Source: a virus
IMG/VR virus record: IMGVR_UViG_3300034782_000041
Location: 1 to 10,406 of that record
DNA: 10,406 nt
Reading direction: 5' to 3' (one strand)
Shown in pieces: positions 6,518 through 10,406 of the stretch (position 1 is the stretch's first letter; every line of letters begins with the position of its first letter). The notes beneath the pieces were generated by a model that did not search any database, was not told where the DNA came from, and saw nothing but the letters and a program-made list of their open reading frames with translations. The position numbers and the translations under genes were made by a program.

Positions 6518-7030
6518 ATGAGTGAGTACACACCCGAGTACGTATTGGCTTCTGCGCTAACGCCGATCCTTTACGGTTTGGTTGCGTCCTCACTCTACTA
6601 TCTCGGCTCCCGAGCCAAGATCACGGAATTTCTCTGGTCACACTATCCACCGGCCTTCGACCGATTCATGATGTGCGCAGCATGTACAGGCTTCTGGTGG
6701 GGTCTTGGCGCAGCATTTGTGATCGGTTGGTGGCACGAGTTGCCATTTTTGTTGTTACCGGGTCGTTACTGGATGACGCCGGTCGTAGTCGCGCTCACTT
6801 CCGTTGTACTCACACCAGTTTTCGGTGCATTACACCTACGTGCACTTGAATATACGAATGCGATGCCCTTGGAGGAGTCCGAATCAACCCCACCAGAGCA
6901 ACCCAAGACGGTCATTAGTCCGTCAGCAGTTCTTCCAGCTGCCGGCAACCATCTTGGACGCCTCGGCGAATCGACCCCACTAGATCAACCCGAGATGGTA
7001 TCGTCGGAACAAGAGGACACTGATGGGTAG
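6518..7030 (+). CDS. Integral membrane protein (170 aa, 3-4 Trp-rich TM helices, acidic Ser/Glu-rich C-terminal tail); possible holin-like protein
   Basis: Hydrophobic segments: VLASALTPILYGLVASSLYYLG, FMMCAACTGFWWGLGAAFVIGWW and WMTPVVVALTSVVLTPVFGAL. Its ATG is coupled to the upstream stop. It overlaps the next gene by 8 nt. Confidence 0.6.
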   Translation: MSEYTPEYVLASALTPILYGLVASSLYYLGSRAKITEFLWSHYPPAFDRFMMCAACTGFWWGLGAAFVIGWWHELPFLLLPGRYWMTPVVVALTSVVLTPVFGALHLRALEYTNAMPLEESESTPPEQPKTVISPSAVLPAAGNHLGRLGESTPLDQPEMVSSEQEDTDG

Positions 7031-7457
7031 ACCACCGAAAAACCCGGACGCGCCATGGTGGCGAACCATCCGTGAGTGCGAGATAAGCATGATCAAGTAT
7101 GCCTTCACACACGCCCGCTCGGTTCGGCAAGCTGCAAAGGGTCTTGGGATATCAAGTCCATACTTGATGAGTAAAGCGAAGCAGTACGGGTGCACGCTTC
7201 CAGGGAAACCAACAACCGAGTCGAGTGAAGGACAAGTGAGCGATCAGGCGCCAAAGAAAACAAGAACACGTAGGAAGACACGTCGCAAGACGCGACGCAA
7301 AACCAATACGCCAAGCGCTTCGATCGACAACGTCGTTCCAATTAGCCGTGTTGACGACGTCGATGGCGAAAACTTCGATGACGACGACTTTGACGGCGAT
7401 AACGACGACTTCGGTGACGACGACTTCGACGACAACACTCCCGATCATGCGTCATGA
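7023..7457 (+). CDS. Fis/NtrC-type helix-turn-helix (HTH_8-like) DNA-binding protein with a (RRKT)3 basic repeat and a poly-Asp/Phe acidic C-terminal tail
   Basis: aa 15-56, IRECEISMIKYAFTHARSVRQAAKGLGISSPYLMSKAKQYG, matches the Fis-family pattern (xxALxxxxGNxSxAAxxLGISRxTLYRKLKKYG). KKTRTRRKTRRKTRRKT is encoded at 7254..7301. DDVDGENFDDDDFDGDNDDFGDDDFDD is encoded at 7353..7433. ATG 7023 overlaps the upstream gene; the stop overlaps the next start (ATGA at 7454). Confidence 0.65.
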   Translation: MGRPPKNPDAPWWRTIRECEISMIKYAFTHARSVRQAAKGLGISSPYLMSKAKQYGCTLPGKPTTESSEGQVSDQAPKKTRTRRKTRRKTRRKTNTPSASIDNVVPISRVDDVDGENFDDDDFDGDNDDFGDDDFDDNTPDHAS

Positions 7458-7807
7458 ATACGTCTACGACTCTGCGTACACCAGCGGTGGGAGTCGTACC
7501 CCCAGGGGGCACCGTTACGGTGACAATCGAGAAAGTCATCACGGCACGAGAAGTTCCCATTGTGCTGACAGCACAACCGCAAACCCTCACGATTCGCGCA
7601 GTGTATCCACACAGCGTCGAAATTGCTAACCTGTCAGCCGCGCCAGTTCCCTACGTCCTACTCATCATCCCCAACGTAGCGCTCAAACTCGTTTCTGTGC
7701 CATGGACACGTGTAGCAGAAGCGCTCAGCTCGCCGGCAGGCCGTTCTGCAATCTTGGAAAAGCTTACACAGCTCTTCTTGGGTGCCGGTCGCCAGCTCGA
7801 CAAATAA
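7454..7807 (+). CDS. Hypothetical T/V-rich (beta-rich) protein (117 aa)
   Basis: ATGA start/stop overlap with the upstream gene. Stop TAA 7805..7807 is followed one base later by the next ATG. The alternative-frame ORF 7348..7629 is a low-complexity artefact. Confidence 0.5.
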   Translation: MNTSTTLRTPAVGVVPPGGTVTVTIEKVITAREVPIVLTAQPQTLTIRAVYPHSVEIANLSAAPVPYVLLIIPNVALKLVSVPWTRVAEALSSPAGRSAILEKLTQLFLGAGRQLDK

Positions 7808-7808
7808 C

Positions 7809-8000
7809 ATGCAAAGGTGCTGTTTCTGCAATAGGTGGTTCAAGTCGCGTCAGGCCGTTCGTGGACATCTTCGCACTTGTGAAGATTACAAGGCGTCGAA
7901 AGCTACCTATGTCTGTCCGGTATGCTCGACCTGCGTGTTGCAAGAAGATCTCCCTGTAGCATGCCCGACCTGCGCTACGATGTTACCTGTCGAACAGTGA
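7809..8000 (+). CDS. Small two-zinc-finger protein (63 aa): classical C2HC finger (C-x2-C-x3-F-x5-V-x2-H-x3-C) plus a CPxC...CPxC zinc ribbon; candidate transcription factor
   Basis: MQRCCFCNRWFKSRQAVRGHLRTC has canonical C2H2-type spacing. YVCPVCSTC...ACPTC is a Cys4 ribbon. ATG 7809 comes right after the upstream stop. The listed ORF start 7782 is a GTG inside the upstream gene with no SD. Confidence 0.55.
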   Translation: MQRCCFCNRWFKSRQAVRGHLRTCEDYKASKATYVCPVCSTCVLQEDLPVACPTCATMLPVEQ

Positions 8001-8070
8001 CTAGCCTTCTGTGAAGCAGTTTGCAATGTCAAAACAAAACCGGTGGAGAGACTGAAGGGTCACTTACTGC

Positions 8071-8907
8071 ATGACACCTAAACAAGTGCAGAAAGCTGCT
8101 GCGTTCAACGCCAGAGAGGCTAAGCAAGGCGACTACACGCAAAAGCATCAAGTACGGCTCATCGAGTTCTGGCAAGAGCATCACGGGCTGCTGGCCGACG
8201 GATGGTGCGGTGCGTTTACGCAAAAGTCGATTGATGGCAGTATTGCAGTAGACTGGAATCAAGACGTGCATGACATCTTGGCCAACGAGGACCAGTACGT
8301 TGACGGGTTGTGGCTTCCCTGGGATGGACCAGAGAAATCCCAGCCGAGAAACTACAAAGAGGCCATCGAGTTCTTTGGTAGGCCTGAGACACACAAAGGA
8401 TCGGATGTTCTCGACAGAGCTTGGTACAAAGCCAACATCGTTGAGTGTCACAAGAAGCTAGGCAATCAGCTTCCAGGTGTGCCAGAGCGGTGGTGGGTGA
8501 AAACGTACCGTCGATGCGAGCCCTACCTACGTGAAGGTCTACGCCGTGCTTCGCTTACATCTCCCTACCGCATTCAACGCTGTGGCGGATTCGTCTTTCG
8601 CCACATCCGCAACGACCCGGACAAAGACCTGTCCATGCACGCGTTCGGTGCTGCAATCGACTTCGATCCTGATTGGAACTACGCATACCAATACAAGCGC
8701 GGCGCCGACGTGCCCAAGGCCTGGTCACCTCAGTGGCTGAGAAAGTGGCCGAAGGGCATCGATGAAAAGTTCGTGCAAGCTATGGCTAGCTGCGGTTGGG
8801 CGTGGGGCTCGGACTGGGATGAGGACGGCCGCACTGACGACCATTTGTGGCAAGACCCGATGCACATGGAATGGATCGCCCGAGACGGCCGCAGTCGTAT
8901 GGTGTAG
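8071..8907 (+). CDS. Endolysin: N-terminal peptidoglycan-binding (PG_binding_1-like) domain plus C-terminal peptidase M15 (VanY / L-Ala-D-Glu peptidase-type zinc peptidase)
   Basis: aa 27-58 VRLIEFWQEHHGLLADGWCGAFTQKSI fits the PG_binding_1 pattern. SMHAFGAAIDFDPD (H190-x6-D197) and DPMHME (H265) form the M15 H-x6-D...H zinc triad. SD-like GAAGGG lies 12 nt upstream of ATG 8071. Confidence 0.85.
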   Translation: MTPKQVQKAAAFNAREAKQGDYTQKHQVRLIEFWQEHHGLLADGWCGAFTQKSIDGSIAVDWNQDVHDILANEDQYVDGLWLPWDGPEKSQPRNYKEAIEFFGRPETHKGSDVLDRAWYKANIVECHKKLGNQLPGVPERWWVKTYRRCEPYLREGLRRASLTSPYRIQRCGGFVFRHIRNDPDKDLSMHAFGAAIDFDPDWNYAYQYKRGADVPKAWSPQWLRKWPKGIDEKFVQAMASCGWAWGSDWDEDGRTDDHLWQDPMHMEWIARDGRSRMV

Positions 8908-8910
8908 TAC

Positions 8911-8937
8911 CTCTACTGTCACACCTATTTAGTAGAG
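8911..8937. promoter_or_regulatory. Inverted repeat CTCTACT-N13-AGTAGAG immediately downstream of the endolysin stop
   Basis: 7-bp arms with a 13-nt loop or spacer. No following T-run, so it is not a canonical intrinsic terminator. Possible operator or weak attenuator. Confidence 0.3.
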
Positions 8938-9016
8938 TCGCTGGATGCCGAAAAGGCCATCTAGCGACCGTGTTGTCCCTGTTCTACCAACGGCACCTAC
9001 CTGGAAGGGCGCAGGC

Positions 9017-9310
9017 ATGGTAGATGCCACCCCAGAAGCCGTGTTTCCCCGAGATCTGCGCATAACGGCCGAGCGCATCATCGATCTCTGCGACCCGATT
9101 TTCGCTGAGAACTCGACCATCGCCGAGGTAGACAAAGCCGTCGATGACATCATTGACGTACTAGCTGAGGCCGTCACACACGAAACCGAGGAGCTGCGTG
9201 ACGCGCTCTATGAGATGTTGCAGAGCCACCGCTACCGGTTTCCTCTCAACGGAAAGTGCCACTGCGCGGCGTGCAGACACGCAGCACTTTTGGTTGAGGG
9301 CGACAACTAG
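9017..9310 (+). CDS. Hypothetical acidic protein (97 aa; alternative start ATG 8945 gives 121 aa) with a C-terminal CHCAACRH motif
   Basis: ATG 9017 is preceded by GGAAGGG with a 7-nt spacer. ATG 8945 has no SD. Stop TAG 9308..9310 is followed 2 nt later by the next ATG. Confidence 0.5.
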   Translation: MVDATPEAVFPRDLRITAERIIDLCDPIFAENSTIAEVDKAVDDIIDVLAEAVTHETEELRDALYEMLQSHRYRFPLNGKCHCAACRHAALLVEGDN

Positions 9311-9312
9311 AG

Positions 9313-9879
9313 ATGTCACACCTTTTCAACATCGTTGAGAATACGATACGTCAAATGATCGTTCCGGTAGGGACACGCATCGAGGTCCCGTCACATGACG
9401 ACGACCCACAAGGGCATCAATGGATTCTCATGGGTATCGCGGTCGTACCGCACCCGAGCTACACGTCGCCGGGCACTGATCGCGACATGCGTACCTTCGG
9501 TGATGTATGCGTCTACTTCGACGACGAGCGAATCCTACACCGACTGAACGCGTATACGTTGATGGATCGTTATTGGGGTAGGTACAACTTGAGTCCCGAG
9601 CTACCCGATCTGACTGCAAAGCTAGAGATGATGCAGCACGCGGCACGGTCGGCACCTAGACTTCTCGACCTCGCACAGGCGATCGAAGCAGCCCGCGACG
9701 CACTAATCTACTACCAACAGGCGGTGACGCCCCTATTTGACAAACCCATCACTGTGCCTGCTGGGCGAACGTTTCGGGTCGTTCAACTGCCGTGCAAAGA
9801 CGATTCCCCTTTCCGTTACAGCAACATTGACGTGGAGCTATTCGTCATTGTCCGACGTCCAGTCAAGCAGCCGGATTGA
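9313..9879 (+). CDS. Hypothetical protein (188 aa)
   Basis: ORF coupled to the upstream stop. Globular-looking composition with no recognisable motif. Confidence 0.55.
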   Translation: MSHLFNIVENTIRQMIVPVGTRIEVPSHDDDPQGHQWILMGIAVVPHPSYTSPGTDRDMRTFGDVCVYFDDERILHRLNAYTLMDRYWGRYNLSPELPDLTAKLEMMQHAARSAPRLLDLAQAIEAARDALIYYQQAVTPLFDKPITVPAGRTFRVVQLPCKDDSPFRYSNIDVELFVIVRRPVKQPD

Positions 9880-9934
9880 CCGTCACGGACAGTTGATCAT
9901 CGCACTCACGCGCTTCTGCGGGTTGCAGAACACG

Positions 9935-10129
9935 ATGATCAGCCTTATAGCAAGTCAGCTGAAACAGCTCAGCAACACGGCACCGCCTGGCGTCGGCAAC
10001 GTCGCATTGGCGCTTGCGGCTGCACAGCGCGACTTGCTGGCATTGATCGCCGAGGAATACGAGGATCTTCCCGCGGAGGCGAAAGCAGCTGCTGTGGACA
10101 TACTAGGAGGAAAAGCGTGGCCGAGATAA
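9935..10129 (+). CDS. Small helical hypothetical protein (64 aa; start uncertain, possibly TTG 9893 or 9923)
   Basis: This frame runs through to TAA 10127..10129, which overlaps the next gene's start region. The upstream part of the listed ORF 9737..10129 overlaps gene 9313..9879 and is rejected. No clear SD. Confidence 0.35.
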   Translation: MISLIASQLKQLSNTAPPGVGNVALALAAAQRDLLALIAEEYEDLPAEAKAAAVDILGGKAWPR

Positions 10130-10406
10130 CGATGAGCCTACCCGAGTACCAAGAGTTGACCTCACAGCGGGATGACGCACGCCGCGAAGCGGCTGAGCTA
10201 CGCGACCAGCTCCGTAAGGCCGAGATGCGTGACCCCGAGGGCCGCATTCCTAATCTCGTGCTAGGCATGGAAGCGGCACTCTCGGTGATCAAGTTCGCCG
10301 TCGGGAACCTAGCCCCCGAGACGGTTCGTGGTTGGCCTTACCCAGACTTGCTCACTTTCGTGGACGCGCTTGAGAAGCTACCCGGCGTAGGTACCGAAAC
10401 CAAAGA
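10117..10406 (+). CDS. Hypothetical protein, 5' partial in window (at least 96 aa), GTG start
   Basis: AGGAGG (10105..10110) sits 6 nt upstream of GTG 10117. The frame stays open to the window end (…MSLPEYQELTSQRDDARREAAELRDQLRKAEMRDPEGR…). It overlaps the upstream gene's stop by 13 nt. It is absent from the ORF track because no stop falls within the window. Confidence 0.5.
   Translation, partial: MAEITMSLPEYQELTSQRDDARREAAELRDQLRKAEMRDPEGRIPNLVLGMEAALSVIKFAVGNLAPETVRGWPYPDLLTFVDALEKLPGVGTETK

Larger units (their letters stand above)
1..10406. mobile_element. Probable phage/prophage genomic segment: compact small genes, coupled translation, orphan methyltransferase, endolysin, HTH and Zn-finger regulators
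   Basis: Gene content and architecture. Endolysin at 8071..8907 and orphan beta-class MTase at 1507..2673. About 95% coding, with many overlapping stop/start junctions. No integrase or att site is visible in the window, so its boundaries are unknown. Confidence 0.6.

Noticed and set aside
7152-7590. Minus-strand ORFs (98, 64, 82 aa) and plus-strand ORF 7348..7629
   Set aside because: They are low-complexity artefacts generated by the GAC/GAT/CGT repeat DNA that encodes the acidic and basic tails of the HTH protein.
8029-8451. 140-aa minus-strand ORF
   Set aside because: It is antisense to the confidently identified endolysin.
9737-9934. N-terminal extension of ORF 9737..10129
   Set aside because: It overlaps gene 9313..9879 by ~140 nt in another frame. 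Only the part downstream of the 9879 stop is kept, as a low-confidence small CDS.
9969-10292. 107-aa minus-strand ORF
   Set aside because: It has R/S-rich antisense-type composition. It is opposite two SD-supported plus-strand genes.
1-10406. CRISPR arrays, tRNA/rRNA genes, integrase or transposase
   Set aside because: No spaced direct-repeat array, no cloverleaf-compatible segment noticed, and no recombinase motifs in any frame. This is absence by eye only; tRNAscan, Infernal and a repeat finder would be decisive.

Overview
This is a GC-rich, very densely coding window that looks like part of a bacteriophage or prophage accessory/early-plus-lysis region. It is not ordinary chromosomal housekeeping DNA. 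I support about 19 short-to-medium CDS in alternating strand blocks. Many are joined by stop/start overlaps or a Shine-Dalgarno motif placed right after the upstream stop, for example TAA-GAGGAGGAGGAG-ATG at ~297 and AGGAGG-N6-GTG at 10117. Recognisable products are: (i) a beta-class (DPPY...FxGxG permuted) N6A/N4C DNA methyltransferase (1507..2673, -) carrying an unusual Cys4 insertion and with no restriction partner visible; (ii) a modular endolysin with an N-terminal PG_binding_1-like domain and a C-terminal peptidase M15 (H-x6-D...H) domain (8071..8907, +); (iii) a Fis/NtrC-type HTH_8 DNA-binding protein followed by an (RRKT)3 basic repeat and a poly-Asp/Phe acidic tail (7023..7457, +); (iv) a small classical C2HC plus zinc-ribbon protein just upstream of the lysin (7809..8000, +); (v) an 809-aa low-complexity protein (3542..5971, -) with an N-terminal globular domain, a P/Q-rich linker, a ~230-aa ER/K-rich single-alpha-helix-like segment, a poly-Ala helix, a G/P linker and a C-terminal globular domain. 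Everything else is small hypothetical or membrane proteins. I saw no tRNA, rRNA, CRISPR array, integrase or transposase. The most likely 'systems' are the orphan methyltransferase module (anti-restriction/epigenetic), the giant SAH protein, and a translationally coupled 5-gene operon (6097..8000) encoding a putative membrane, HTH and Zn-finger regulatory set ahead of the lysin. All family calls rest on motifs read by eye; none was checked against a database.
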